A stretch of 64,000 bases of DNA from Candidatus Poribacteria bacterium (GCA_965215015.1 OZ244042.1:3936001-4000000), one strand, 5' to 3'. Shown: positions 1 through 10,092, counted from the first letter of the stretch. Program-made: numbers and translations. The notes: a model not told the origin generated them from the letters alone.

Positions 1-483
1 CAAACCGTGATACCCTATCGTTGAAAAAAGGCGGTAACATTTGTGGACAGGCCCAATGACGTTTTCACCGATGAGTTTACAGACAAACTGTTCGACCGGT
101 ACAAACGGAAAGTTTTCGGAGGTTTGCAGTTTGACGCCATGTTTGGCAGCACTTCCGATCATTAGGTCCATTAATCCGAGCGTCGGTGCGAGGGGTGTTT
201 CGACGTTATGGTGAATGCCACAACGCGATAAGTAGCAAGAAACCACGTGGTGAAGTTCCGCAGGCACGACAACATCGCAGACATCCGGTTTCTCACGATC
301 AATCATCTCACGAACATCGGTGTAAGCACTCACGCTGAACTGCGCGGCCCCTTCCTCTGCGGACACTGGATGGGCGTCACAAACCGCTACAATTTCAAAA
401 ATCTCCTTCAACGCTGCAGCTGTTTCGATATGCGTTCTACCTCGACGCCCATAACCGATAAGGGCGTACTTCAAACGGGACAT
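1..483 (-). CDS. Gfo/Idh/MocA family oxidoreductase (5' part; runs off window start)
   Basis: Not in ORF track. Manual translation from ATG 483 (RBS AAGGGG): MSRLKYALIGYGRRGRTH...IVAVCD...EKPDVCDVVVP..LH...NVETPLA. Rossmann GxGxxG; ETP in place of the usual EKP motif. Confidence 0.85.
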   Translation of the reverse strand, partial: MSRLKYALIGYGRRGRTHIETAAALKEIFEIVAVCDAHPVSAEEGAAQFSVSAYTDVREMIDREKPDVCDVVVPAELHHVVSCYLSRCGIHHNVETPLAPTLGLMDLMIGSAAKHGVKLQTSENFPFVPVEQFVCKLIGENVIGPVHKCYRLFSTIGYHGL

Positions 484-540
484 AAATGACCCCTTCATAA
501 AGAATGATGTTCTTTCACCATATCAATAAGATTTTGCACC

Positions 541-688
541 ATACCCACCTCCGCGTAGAATCCGTATCATCTGGTGACTGCTACCACGCAGAGACAGCTA
601 AGTTACCATCTGTATAGCAACGGTTTAACTTATGAAGTGGGGTGGTATTCGCTTCGCACAAGCCCTGACCTTTAGTCAGGGTTATGAC
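541..688 (+). mobile_element. IS200/IS605-type end hairpin with structured upstream segment (non-autonomous remnant)
   Basis: CAAGCCCTGACCTTTAGTCAGGGTTATGAC (658-688) has the stem-loop form of IS200/IS605 ends; upstream stems can pair; no ORF. Confidence 0.5.
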
Positions 689-1428
689 TCGTAGTGATCT
701 GCACCGTGGGGAACACCCACCCCGTCCTCCATCCGCATCAATTGTTTCTGGCGATCTGTGAGTAGATCTAGCCACTCCTCTGGAAAACGGTGATGCGGGT
801 CAAGTTGAAAACGCATCATCGGACTAATCCGGTAGTGCCCAAAAATTGCATGACGATTCCGATTGCCGGTATTCGTACCACCGCCGTGCCAACACTGGCC
901 ATTAAAAACAAGAACACTGCCCGCCGGTGCAGTCGCTGTCAACACATGTTTAATCGGCATATCTTCAGGAGGCAGGCTTATCCTACTTTTGTGTGTACCG
1001 GGAACGATTCGGGTCGCTCCAATCTCCGGTGTAAAATCATCTAGCATCCAAACGGTATTCATCATGACAGGATTTTTCCCATCTTTCTTCAGCAAGTCCT
1101 CAAGGATATCCCCATGCAGCCGTTGGACCGGATCGCCGGGACGGACAATACGGGCATTAAGGCTACCGAGAATCAGCGGTAAACGATTGGTCATTGTCCC
1201 TTCCAGCAACGGCAAAATTTTCGGATGATCGATTATCTTGAAGAAAGCCGGATCCATTGTTGGTAGGTTTGAAATGTGTATGCAATCTCCTCGATCAACC
1301 CCCTTTTCCTCTATTAATCGGATCAGGACCTTTTTCATCTCCGCTACCTCTTCGGGAGCGAGGACGTTCTCAAGGATTGTGAAACCGTATACATCGATTT
1401 CAAATAATTCCTGCTTCAGATTAGACAT
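682..1428 (-). CDS. Phytanoyl-CoA dioxygenase (PhyH) family Fe(II)/2-oxoglutarate oxygenase
   Basis: GFTILENVL, HGD and WHGGG iron ligands, VWMLDDFTPEIGATRIVPGTH; start moved to ATG 1428 (RBS AAGGA). Confidence 0.9.
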   Translation of the reverse strand: MSNLKQELFEIDVYGFTILENVLAPEEVAEMKKVLIRLIEEKGVDRGDCIHISNLPTMDPAFFKIIDHPKILPLLEGTMTNRLPLILGSLNARIVRPGDPVQRLHGDILEDLLKKDGKNPVMMNTVWMLDDFTPEIGATRIVPGTHKSRISLPPEDMPIKHVLTATAPAGSVLVFNGQCWHGGGTNTGNRNRHAIFGHYRISPMMRFQLDPHHRFPEEWLDLLTDRQKQLMRMEDGVGVPHGADHYES

Positions 1429-1451
1429 ATTGTTTCCTTTGGAAAGATTTC

Positions 1452-2411
1452 TCAATCTGTTGAATATACACACTCGTAGCCAAGCGTCTCAAGATTCCGG
1501 CGGATCTTGGCAATTTCAGCGTCAAGCAGTGGGCGGAGTGGGCGACGCATCGTCATAGACGGGAACTTGCCCATCAACCAGCGCGCACACTTCATCCGTT
1601 GGTGGGCATCACCGCTCGGTTCGCCAAGGTCGTACACAATCTGAGATAACGGGTCCACTAGCTGTCGCGCTTTGCGGGCACCTATCAGATCCCCATTAAG
1701 GGCGCAGTGCACGACCTGCACCATCAACTCTGGCACAAATCCGGCAAATCCAATTAGTGCGCCATCACAGCCTTCCAACAACGAAGCCAGCAGATACTCA
1801 TCGTGACAAGTTAAGATAGGAACATGGGGTGCCGCTTCTTTCAGTTGCTCATAGTCCCAACGCCAGCGCGCCATGTCACGAGTTCCCATCTTGATACACA
1901 CCACCTGTGGGATTTTCGCAAGTTCCAACATTTCCGCGAGGCTATAGCTTGCCTTCGTCCAGGCCGGATATTGGTGGACGATGATGGGTATATCTGCCCC
2001 TTCGGCCACATCGTGAAAAAAGCCGACTGCCGTTTCACTAGTGCGCCCGAAACGCAACCAGTGATGCGGCGGCATCAGCAAAATCGCATCGGCACCCGCC
2101 TCCTTCGCGGCGATGGCATAGTCAATAGCTTCTAAACTGCCTTCGGCACTTACACCGGAAACAACCTTTACCTTACCTTTGACCGCCTCGGCAACGATTG
2201 TTGTCACATGCGCGCGCTCACTCGGACGCAACGATGTAATCTCGCCAGTGTGCCCATTACAGACGAGTCCTTTAACACCATCGACAGCGGCAAGTTCACG
2301 CATATATGCCCACAACCCCTCTTCATCGATTGATTCATCTTCATGAAATGGACAGAGGGTTGCGGGGAATACTCCTGCCCAGGGATGATCTTCTCGCCAG
2401 TTCATAGTCAC
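1452..2411 (-). CDS. Dihydrodipicolinate synthase (DapA/NAL) family aldolase/lyase
   Basis: GVFPATLCPF, NGHTGE, AKEAGADAILLMPP, Schiff-base Lys in CIKMG; atypical residues argue against a true DapA. Confidence 0.88.
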   Translation of the reverse strand: MTMNWREDHPWAGVFPATLCPFHEDESIDEEGLWAYMRELAAVDGVKGLVCNGHTGEITSLRPSERAHVTTIVAEAVKGKVKVVSGVSAEGSLEAIDYAIAAKEAGADAILLMPPHHWLRFGRTSETAVGFFHDVAEGADIPIIVHQYPAWTKASYSLAEMLELAKIPQVVCIKMGTRDMARWRWDYEQLKEAAPHVPILTCHDEYLLASLLEGCDGALIGFAGFVPELMVQVVHCALNGDLIGARKARQLVDPLSQIVYDLGEPSGDAHQRMKCARWLMGKFPSMTMRRPLRPLLDAEIAKIRRNLETLGYECVYSTD

Positions 2412-2524
2412 GATTTCCTTTCAAACCACCTTGGTTTTGAAGTTTCCCATTTCAATACCTCTGACCTACCGGTTTGGCAAACCCAGCAGCTCTAGGTCTC
2501 GAAAAAAGCAAGTCGAATTCAGTG

Positions 2525-3601
2525 TTATATTGTAAGGCCGAACAATTCCACGGCATTGCCACCGAAGATTTGCGTTTTCTCGGCCTCAGGGATATTCATT
2601 TCCTCGACGAGCGTCACAAAAAGTTGTGGATCAACCCAGGGATGGTCGGTGCCAAACACCAGATGCTCAGGTCCAGAAAATTCGTAAGCGTATCGCAACG
2701 CTTGTGCAGACGGAGAAACGGTGTCCAGATAAATGCGGCGCATGTAGGCACTCGGGGGTTGTTTAATATGTTCTCGCCCGCGTCCCATCACCTCTGTTTG
2801 ATGCTCGATGCGTCCCATCATGTACGGCAAAACGCCGCCGACATGGGGCATGACAACCTTCAACCTAGGATACCGCTCAAGCACGCCGCCGAGTATTAGC
2901 CGTAAAAGCGCAAAGCTGGTGTCTACCTGAAGCCCCATCATGGGAATCATTGAGTGGTCCTTGATCGCCTCCCCCCATGTTGGGATTGTAGGGTGCAAGA
3001 CGATCGGCAGCTCCTTTGCTTGGGCCTGCCTGTAGATGGGATCGAAAGCCGGGTCATCGACCGGGCGTCCGCCGATGTGTGAATATAGCATAACGCCACA
3101 AAAACCTAGGTTATATGCTCGGTTCATCTCATCAATAGCGGCGTCCACCTCCTGCCAGGGGAGACTAGCAAGCCCCGCAAACCGGTCTGGATGTTGCTGA
3201 ATCATTTCCGCAATGGTATCGTTGATTGCCTGCGCGCCTTTGATAGCCAAATCGGGAGCGAGCATACAGGGGCCCGGGATATTGGTACTGATAAGTGCAA
3301 TGTCAATACCTGCTCTATCCATGTCCTGAAGTTTACGTTTGGTGAGGTACATCTCCTCCCGTAGCCGAAACTGCTGGACATCACCGTAGGTGATAACAAA
3401 CTCGTTGCCATGCTGTACGCCTGAGATGCTCGGGCTTTCGCGCCGGCTGCTTTGTTTCCCAATCAAGTCCTCCGAACAAGCTGATCCATCCGAGTTATCC
3501 CGTGCTGTGCCTCGGAGTTCAATCTGTGGTGGATAGGGGTTTTGGGCAAGCACATCGGTATACGCGCGAGGAAATATGTGGCTTTGGCAGTCAATCCGCA
3601 T
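2525..3601 (-). CDS. Amidohydrolase_2 family protein (ACMSD-like decarboxylase/hydrolase)
   Basis: MDRAGID, RFAGLASLP, LHP, MPHVGG, YLDTV, FGTDHP, GGNA; apparent 33-aa insertion near the N-terminus. Confidence 0.9.
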   Translation of the reverse strand: MRIDCQSHIFPRAYTDVLAQNPYPPQIELRGTARDNSDGSACSEDLIGKQSSRRESPSISGVQHGNEFVITYGDVQQFRLREEMYLTKRKLQDMDRAGIDIALISTNIPGPCMLAPDLAIKGAQAINDTIAEMIQQHPDRFAGLASLPWQEVDAAIDEMNRAYNLGFCGVMLYSHIGGRPVDDPAFDPIYRQAQAKELPIVLHPTIPTWGEAIKDHSMIPMMGLQVDTSFALLRLILGGVLERYPRLKVVMPHVGGVLPYMMGRIEHQTEVMGRGREHIKQPPSAYMRRIYLDTVSPSAQALRYAYEFSGPEHLVFGTDHPWVDPQLFVTLVEEMNIPEAEKTQIFGGNAVELFGLTI

Positions 3602-3708
3602 TAGAATCCTTCCCGCTCAACAGAATCGTTTTTACGGAGAATCTAATTCAATTGAATCATCAATGGAGGCATGAAACTTTTGAATGTAAGATTTCCTAAA
3701 TGACCTCC

Positions 3709-3736
3709 ATTATACAAATTCAGATTAAGAAGTCAA
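3709..3736 (-). promoter_or_regulatory. Putative sigma70 promoter of amidohydrolase-aldolase-PhyH operon
   Basis: Minus strand TTGACT-16-TATAAT. Confidence 0.5.
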
Positions 3737-3846
3737 TAAGAAAATCCCATAGAATCGTATCGTAGCATTAGAAATCAATAGTAATCCAACTTACGATGTA
3801 ACCAAGATCTTGCAAAATACGTTTTAATATTTTATTTTGAAGAAAT

Positions 3847-3875
3847 TTGTAAAATATCCTCACCAATGTTATAAT
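3847..3875 (+). promoter_or_regulatory. Putative sigma70 promoter of ECF sigma gene
   Basis: TTGTAA-17-TATAAT with extended -10 TG. Confidence 0.55.
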
Positions 3876-3896
3876 GGTACTGACTCGAACGTTTAA

Positions 3897-4469
3897 GTGG
3901 ACAGACCTATGATTCCCGACGAAATCTACGTCCAAAAAACAATTGAGGGTGATGCTGAGGCGTTCAATGAATTGGTGCAACGCCACCATGCCAGGATTTA
4001 TGGGCTTGCTTATCGAATGCTTGGCAACCCTGATGATGCTTCGGATGCGACGCAAGAAGTGTTTCTTGAGGCTTACAAATCCATTCAGTCCTTCCAATTC
4101 CAGTCAAAGTTTTTGACGTGGTTGTATCGAGTTGGAATCAACGTTTGTCAACAATACAAACGCAAGTCCGAGTCTCGTGAACGCACATTAACCTCCTACA
4201 CACAGGATTTTCAGGCAAGGGAGGGACAATATGCAAACGAATATCCAGATCGAGTTTTGCTGAAAACAGAGCGTGACCAGTTGATACAAGATGCGATTAA
4301 TCAATTACCATCGAAACAGCGGATGGTTATCACTCTGTTCTATATGCAGCAGATGAAATATCGTGAAATCGCAGAATTGCTTGATTGTTCGGAGGGTACC
4401 GTTGCCTCGCGCCTGAATACAGCCGTGAGGAACCTCAAGTCAAAGCTTAAAGGTTTACACTCCCACTAG
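3897..4469 (+). CDS. ECF RNA polymerase sigma factor
   Basis: Region 2 DASDATQEVFL..FLTWLYRV; region 4 LPSKQRMV..YREIAELLDCSEGTVASRL; start may be ATG 3909. Confidence 0.93.
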   Translation: MDRPMIPDEIYVQKTIEGDAEAFNELVQRHHARIYGLAYRMLGNPDDASDATQEVFLEAYKSIQSFQFQSKFLTWLYRVGINVCQQYKRKSESRERTLTSYTQDFQAREGQYANEYPDRVLLKTERDQLIQDAINQLPSKQRMVITLFYMQQMKYREIAELLDCSEGTVASRLNTAVRNLKSKLKGLHSH

Positions 4470-4565
4470 ACCGATAATTCAGATTGCCCGATGGACCGAA
4501 CCCAGCTAGGTAAAGACTCAGGTCGATCAAAATTGATATACAACGCTTATTCCGATTAAAAAATC

Positions 4566-4690
4566 AGGACTTACGCACTTCCGTAGAGAACATTGATTGG
4601 TATTCCCTATGAGCTCCTTAATGGAACCCTTGTTGTAGTTGCCCGATTCACAGGGCATCGGAAGGCATGTTCACCGGGATGAATCGCCGA
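4566..4690. repeat. MITE-end and REP-like palindrome cluster
   Basis: AGGACTTACGCA (4566-4577; reverse complement at 43936-43947) and GTAGTTGCCCGATTCACAGGGCA (4635-4657). Confidence 0.55.
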
Positions 4691-4820
4691 GGATACCATA
4701 CCTAGTACCATAGAATACCAGACACGGTTGGCTCCATCCGCCCGGCACATTGCGGACCTTTTCTGATGTTGGCATTGAGTGCTCGACCGTGCAAGTCGTA
4801 AAATATAGAAGAGGACAGCT

Positions 4821-5360
4821 ATGAGTCTCGACTGTCAACAAGTTATTGAAGATTTTAGTTTGCATCAGCATCCGGATCTAACATATCAAGAGAAGATTGA
4901 ACGCAAACGACATCTCATTGAATGTAAAGCGTGCCAAAATGAATATGAGGAGATGTTACACGCAGCAGCTGTGCTCGAAAGTCTTCCGGACCCCGTTCCG
5001 CCCCCAGACCTTGTCGAGCGCATTCAGACCCGAATCCACCAAACCGACCGGCGTTCCATCTGGGATTTTCTAGCGAATCCAATTGCGCGTATCCTTGTTG
5101 CTATGAAATTGGGCCCCCATCCCACCTTTGTCAACTACACTGCAATGCTCTTTTACTTAATGCTGACAATCTTTATGGTCAAGTTGACATTTTTCAGTTC
5201 AACGGAGCCCCCACCTGTTTCGTTGATGCACCCTCCATCGCCAAACGTGCGCCTTGTCCGGTTAGGTGATGTGAAACATGCTTCGCTCAAAACTGTCAAA
5301 ATAGAAAAAGAAAGGTCCAAGGAGGTGCCAATTCAACCCACCCCAAGTAATTTTCAGTAG
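4821..5360 (+). CDS. Zinc-binding (ZAS) transmembrane anti-sigma factor
   Basis: HLIECKAC (HxxxCxxC), PVPPPDLVERI linker, one TM helix; follows ECF sigma; RBS GAGGA. Confidence 0.85.
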   Translation: MSLDCQQVIEDFSLHQHPDLTYQEKIERKRHLIECKACQNEYEEMLHAAAVLESLPDPVPPPDLVERIQTRIHQTDRRSIWDFLANPIARILVAMKLGPHPTFVNYTAMLFYLMLTIFMVKLTFFSSTEPPPVSLMHPPSPNVRLVRLGDVKHASLKTVKIEKERSKEVPIQPTPSNFQ

Positions 5361-5391
5361 CATTGCATCAACTTCCAAACTAGCACTTCAT

Positions 5392-5439
5392 AAAGCGCCA
5401 TGAGCCTCAAGAATTCAAACCGGCAACATGGCGTTTTTT
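5392..5439 (+). terminator. Probable intrinsic terminator
   Basis: AAAGCGCCATG...CATGGCGTTTTTT, long loop. Confidence 0.45.
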
Positions 5440-5478
5440 GGTTAATAGGGCTTCCCATTCGCAAATTTCTATTTTTCC

Positions 5479-5507
5479 TTGCATAATTCTGTCTCTTATG
5501 ATACTAT
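5479..5507 (+). promoter_or_regulatory. Putative sigma70 promoter of rimP-nusA-infB operon
   Basis: TTGCAT-17-TACTAT with TG extension. Confidence 0.6.
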
Positions 5508-5514
5508 TTAATTT

Positions 5515-5560
5515 GCCGCGAGAAATCCTTCTCAGGAGGAAAGCAAATCGCGGTTTTTTT
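5515..5560 (+). terminator. Leader hairpin with U tract
   Basis: GCCGCGA...TCGCGGTTTTTTT just after predicted transcription start. Confidence 0.45.
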
Positions 5561-5597
5561 GTGTGTCACCTGATTGCAGTGACTCTTCTATCTTTTT

Positions 5598-5635
5598 AAG
5601 AGTGGGGTGGGTTTTCCCGCTCTTTATTATTTTTT
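5598..5635 (+). ncRNA. rimP leader hairpin (attenuator-like)
   Basis: AAGAGTGGG..CCCGCTCTT plus T-rich tail upstream of rimP, matching the known rimP-leader motif in form and position. Confidence 0.65.
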
Positions 5636-5747
5636 GTAAAAGATTGGATTTAGGCAGAAAGGACATTAAGCTGCTTTGAATCCAATCTTATCGGAGGCGT
5701 GTTGGTGCCATACTAAGGCAGTTCACTTCAGGCGCCCGTCACACACT

Positions 5748-6203
5748 ATGACCTCTTCATTAGCATCCACAGTTTCCGATTTATTATCACTTGTTCTAGC
5801 TGATGAAGGAATCGAGTTAGTTGATGTCGAATATCAAGTTGATATCCAGACGCTAAAGCTTTTGATTCATAAATCCGACGGTGTAAGTATCGAGGATTGT
5901 CAACAGGTGAGTCGAATTGTGAACCCTATTCTTGATGTGCATGATATAATACCCGGTACATACAATCTTGAAGTCGCTTCGCCGGGACTGAATCGACCGC
6001 TTATTACAGAAGCCGATTTCCGCAGAAATTTAGGGCAGAAGGTTGAAGTGGAGGTATCCACTGTAACCGAGAATTTTTCACAATTCAATGGCACCCTAAA
6101 CCGGGTCAGCGATGGGAAAATCTTCCTGACCCCGGTTTCTGGGAAGACGGTTCAAATCGTAATTTCCGAGATTACTCAAGCCCAAATCCAATTGATGTGG
6201 TAA
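5748..6203 (+). CDS. rimP: Ribosome maturation factor RimP
   Basis: ELVDVEY, GVSIEDC, YNLEVASPGLNRPL; ATG 5748 preferred over TTG 5676. Confidence 0.95.
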   Translation: MTSSLASTVSDLLSLVLADEGIELVDVEYQVDIQTLKLLIHKSDGVSIEDCQQVSRIVNPILDVHDIIPGTYNLEVASPGLNRPLITEADFRRNLGQKVEVEVSTVTENFSQFNGTLNRVSDGKIFLTPVSGKTVQIVISEITQAQIQLMW

Positions 6204-6232
6204 AGCGTTGGAGGGATGGTGGAGTTTATACA

Positions 6233-7564
6233 ATGAATAACGATCTAGTCATGACCATGCGTCAAATTATGGATCAGACGGAGCTGCCGCAGACAATTTT
6301 TATTGAGGCAATCGAAGCAGCTTTATACTCAGCAGCCAAGCGGCGCTACGGCTCGACACGAGGGGTGTCGATTAAAATAGATCCCGAGTTGGGGAACATT
6401 AAATGTTATGTGCCGAAAAAAGTGGTTGAAATCATGCACCACTTTGCTACCGAAATTCCCATTGAGGAAGCATTAAAAATAAAGCCCGATGCCCGTCTAG
6501 GTGAGGTTATTGAGGTTGAAATTGATCCAAGCGAATTTGGTAGAATTGAAGCCCAAACGGCACGTCAAATCCTTGTCCAAAAAATAAAAGAAGCAGAACG
6601 AGAGCAGATTTATCAGGAATATAAGGAACAAGAAGGAGAAGTCATTACGGGCTATTTCCAACGCACCGAGCGCGGCAACATCATATTGGATTTGGAGCGA
6701 ACGGAAGGTCTCCTCCCTTTTAGTGAAGTACCCCGACCGCACAATTATCGGCGAGGAGATGCACTAAGATGCTTAATCATGGAGGTAAACCTAGATCAAA
6801 AAGGAGCGCAAATCATTCTTTCTCGCACACATAATGGCCTGATCGCTCGCCTGTTTGAAATAGAAGTTCCCGAAGTTTACGATGGCTTGGTGCGGATTAT
6901 GGCAATTGCGCGCGATCCTGGGGACCGTGCAAAAGTCGCTGTCATTGCGACAGATGAGACTATTGATGCGGTTGGTACTTGTGTAGGCGTTAAGGGGGCA
7001 CGCGTTCAAACAGTTGTGAGGGAGTTAGAGGGTGAGAAAATAGATCTCCTCCAATGGAATCCGGATCCTGCACTTTTTATTGCAAACGCGTTGCAACCTG
7101 CTAACGTTGTTCGTGTGAACATTAATGACGAAAATACAAGTGCAGAGGTGATTGTACCGGATGACCAATTGTCGCTAGCAATTGGGCGGCGTGGACAAAA
7201 TGCGCGTCTTGCTGCGAAACTAACGGGTTGGAAAATTGACATCAAAAGCGAATCTGAGGCGGACACGCAATTTAAAGAGGAAATTGCGGAAGAGTTATTC
7301 AAACCCGCAGAGACTGATTCATCTATTCCAACGGCTGAATCGGATCCTGACGAAATAGCTTCTCAGTCTGACTCGGCTGAAATCGATTTGACCGAGTTGG
7401 AGGGTGTCGGCTCCAAAACTGCTGAACTTCTTAGGGATTCCGGTTTTCTGACGGTTGAATTAATTGTTCAAGCTACGGTGGCAGAGCTCTCATCGTTGCC
7501 GGGAATTGGTTCCAAGACCGCAGAGAGGATTCATCACGCTGCATCGAGGATACTTTCAGATTAG
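6233..7564 (+). CDS. nusA: Transcription termination factor NusA (C-terminal HhH)
   Basis: FGRIEAQTARQ, ARDPGDRAK, SLAIGRRGQNARLAAKLTGWKIDI. Confidence 0.98.
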   Translation: MNNDLVMTMRQIMDQTELPQTIFIEAIEAALYSAAKRRYGSTRGVSIKIDPELGNIKCYVPKKVVEIMHHFATEIPIEEALKIKPDARLGEVIEVEIDPSEFGRIEAQTARQILVQKIKEAEREQIYQEYKEQEGEVITGYFQRTERGNIILDLERTEGLLPFSEVPRPHNYRRGDALRCLIMEVNLDQKGAQIILSRTHNGLIARLFEIEVPEVYDGLVRIMAIARDPGDRAKVAVIATDETIDAVGTCVGVKGARVQTVVRELEGEKIDLLQWNPDPALFIANALQPANVVRVNINDENTSAEVIVPDDQLSLAIGRRGQNARLAAKLTGWKIDIKSESEADTQFKEEIAEELFKPAETDSSIPTAESDPDEIASQSDSAEIDLTELEGVGSKTAELLRDSGFLTVELIVQATVAELSSLPGIGSKTAERIHHAASRILSD

Positions 7565-7619
7565 TTCTCCTTTTTCCAATTAAGAGGAATAAGCTTACTC
7601 GTTGTTGAGAGGGGTGAAC

Positions 7620-7907
7620 ATGGCCGCGGTACCTATCCGCACCTGTATTGGATGCCGGGGTAAATTTCCCAAGAAAGATTTGCTTCGATTTGTACAGGAT
7701 GCAGCGGGCAACGTCCAAACAGATTTAACAGGTAAGTTGGCAGGACGTGGTGCCTATGTATGCCAATCACAGGTGTGTATTAATACCACTTTCAAATCTC
7801 AGAAAATTAATGCTCACTTGCGAGTCAACCTTTCAAAGCGGGCTATTGATTCTTTCAAACAAGAGCTCCTTAATTTAGCGAGTCATAGAAACGTTGAGGG
7901 GGTATAA
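7620..7907 (+). CDS. ylxR: YlxR/RnpM family (DUF448) protein
   Basis: PIRTCIGC, GRGAYVC; between nusA and infB. Confidence 0.93.
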   Translation: MAAVPIRTCIGCRGKFPKKDLLRFVQDAAGNVQTDLTGKLAGRGAYVCQSQVCINTTFKSQKINAHLRVNLSKRAIDSFKQELLNLASHRNVEGV

Positions 7908-10031
7908 ATGGTGAAAAGTAGTCAAACCAAACAGAGCGAAAGTACTCAAACAAAAAGTAAAAAGATTAGAGTTTATGAACTTGCAAAACAATATGGGGTA
8001 AGCAGCAAAGAGTTTGTTAAAGAGTTGCGTGGGTATGGCATTCCCATCAAAAACCACATGAGTACGTTGCATTCGGAAACTGTTGAGTTAGTCGAGACCG
8101 AACGGAACGCTACAAAGCCCACCTCCGCTGAACCTCCTGAAGCTAAAACTGAACCGCCTCGTTCCAAAAAGAAACCGAAAAAGGTTGCAGCCGTTTCTAC
8201 CATTGATAAAGCGCAGGTTATTGAGTCTAAAACAGAGGCAACTGAAGAAAACACAGCAATCAATGAGAAAAAAGAAGCCCCATCTGTTTTCCAAGTTCAG
8301 GAAGGAATCACCGTTGGTCTACTTGCTTCAGAATTGGGGTTTAAGGGTACCGAAATGATTATGCGCCTCATGAAACTGGGAATTATGGCGAGCATTAACC
8401 AACGCTTGGACTATGCGACACTACAAGCGATAAGCGCCCAGTTTGGATTTGAAGCTGTTCGTAAATTGACTCTGGAGGAGCAAATCCTTCAGGACGAACC
8501 AGATGATGCAACAAATCTCCTCTCGCGTTCCCCTGTTGTTACGATCATGGGGCATGTTGACCATGGTAAAACCTCCTTGCTTGACGCGATCCGACAATCA
8601 AATGTAATGGATACGGAGGCAGGGCAGATTACCCAACACATCGGTGCTTACCATGTGGAGTTGGAAAGCGGCAGTGTCGTCTTTCTAGACACGCCCGGAC
8701 ACGCAGCGTTTACCGCCATGCGGGCTCGCGGCGCGCAAGTCACTGATATTGTGGTCCTTGTTGTTGCAGCTGATGACGGCGTGATGCCACAGACCGTCGA
8801 AGCACTCAACCACGCAAAAGCAGCAGACGTCCCAATTCTTGTCGCAATCAACAAAATTGATGTTGAAAACGCTAGGCCAGATTATGTCAAACAGCAGTTA
8901 GCAGATTATGACCTTGTCCCCGAAGAATGGGGTGGACAGACCATTTTTGTTGACATATCTGCAAAGGAACGGATCGGCATTGAAGATTTGTTAGAAATGC
9001 TGCTCCTTGAAGCAGAATTGCTGGAACTCAGTGCCAATCCGAATAAACCTGCTCGTGGGACGGTTGCCGAAGCCAAACTGGATAAAGGACGAGGCCCCGT
9101 GGCAACCGTACTTGTCCAAAGTGGAACTTTGCACGTTGGTGATGCCTTCCTCGCTGGTCGTTATTACGGAAAAGTTCGCGCGATGATAAATGACCGGGGG
9201 CATCGTGTAAAAAATGCACCGCCCTCAACCCCGGTTGAGGTGCTTGGTTTTACAGGAGTTCCAGAGGCTGGAGACCAATTTTTTGCAGTTGCTTCTGAAA
9301 GAGACGCAAGGACACTTAGCGATTCGCGCCAAGCCCAACATCGAGCGACGCAACTCGGACCACAGAGCCGTGTCAGTTTAGATGACCTCTTCCAACAGAT
9401 TCGGGAAGGTGATATTAAAGAGCTAAACATCATTGTTAAAGGTGATGTGCAAGGTTCCGTTGAGGCGGTTTTTGACTCCTTGCATAGGTTGAGCACAGAT
9501 GAAGTTAAGATTAACATTATTCATCAAGCCGTTGGTGGAATTACCGAAACGGACGTTTTATTGGCGTCTGCCTCCAATGCAATTGTCGTTGGCTTTAATG
9601 TCCATCCTACAACTGGTGCCCTAATCGCAAAAGAGAACGAAGATATTGATGTTCGGACATACAGTGTGATTTACGACCTAATTTCTGATGTCAAATCAGC
9701 GATGGAGGGATTACTTGAGCCTGAAGTCCGAGAGGTTGTCGTCGGTAGGGGAATTGTTCGTGAGCTGTTCAGGACACCCCGCATGGGCACGATTGCAGGA
9801 AGTTATGTGAATTGGGGGCGAATTATCCGTAACTACGCCCTCCGGGTCCTACGAGACAATCGCCTAATATACGAGGGAAAGGTCGATTCGTTACGACATT
9901 TTAAGGAAGATGTCACTGAAATTCAGGCAAACTACGAGTGTGGCATCGGTGTTAGCACCTTTGATGATTTCAAAGTGGATGATGTGTTGGAATGCTATAC
10001 CCACGAGCGCATACCACGCTCACTGAGGTAG
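7908..10031 (+). CDS. infB: Translation initiation factor IF-2
   Basis: [27 protein letters not shown]. Confidence 0.99.
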   Translation: MVKSSQTKQSESTQTKSKKIRVYELAKQYGVSSKEFVKELRGYGIPIKNHMSTLHSETVELVETERNATKPTSAEPPEAKTEPPRSKKKPKKVAAVSTIDKAQVIESKTEATEENTAINEKKEAPSVFQVQEGITVGLLASELGFKGTEMIMRLMKLGIMASINQRLDYATLQAISAQFGFEAVRKLTLEEQILQDEPDDATNLLSRSPVVTIMGHVDHGKTSLLDAIRQSNVMDTEAGQITQHIGAYHVELESGSVVFLDTPGHAAFTAMRARGAQVTDIVVLVVAADDGVMPQTVEALNHAKAADVPILVAINKIDVENARPDYVKQQLADYDLVPEEWGGQTIFVDISAKERIGIEDLLEMLLLEAELLELSANPNKPARGTVAEAKLDKGRGPVATVLVQSGTLHVGDAFLAGRYYGKVRAMINDRGHRVKNAPPSTPVEVLGFTGVPEAGDQFFAVASERDARTLSDSRQAQHRATQLGPQSRVSLDDLFQQIREGDIKELNIIVKGDVQGSVEAVFDSLHRLSTDEVKINIIHQAVGGITETDVLLASASNAIVVGFNVHPTTGALIAKENEDIDVRTYSVIYDLISDVKSAMEGLLEPEVREVVVGRGIVRELFRTPRMGTIAGSYVNWGRIIRNYALRVLRDNRLIYEGKVDSLRHFKEDVTEIQANYECGIGVSTFDDFKVDDVLECYTHERIPRSLR

Positions 10032-10092
10032 AGTCGAGGTTAGTACTGACGAGTGCTTAAAACCGTTTGCCTATATCGACTGCGTTGCGTTT

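Noticed and set aside
247-489. 80-aa plus-strand ORF
   Set aside because: Antisense shadow of the Gfo/Idh/MocA gene.
3408-3508. ACAGCAYGG direct repeat as target-site duplication of the amidohydrolase insert
   Set aside because: The copies are 92 nt apart; excision would break the frame.
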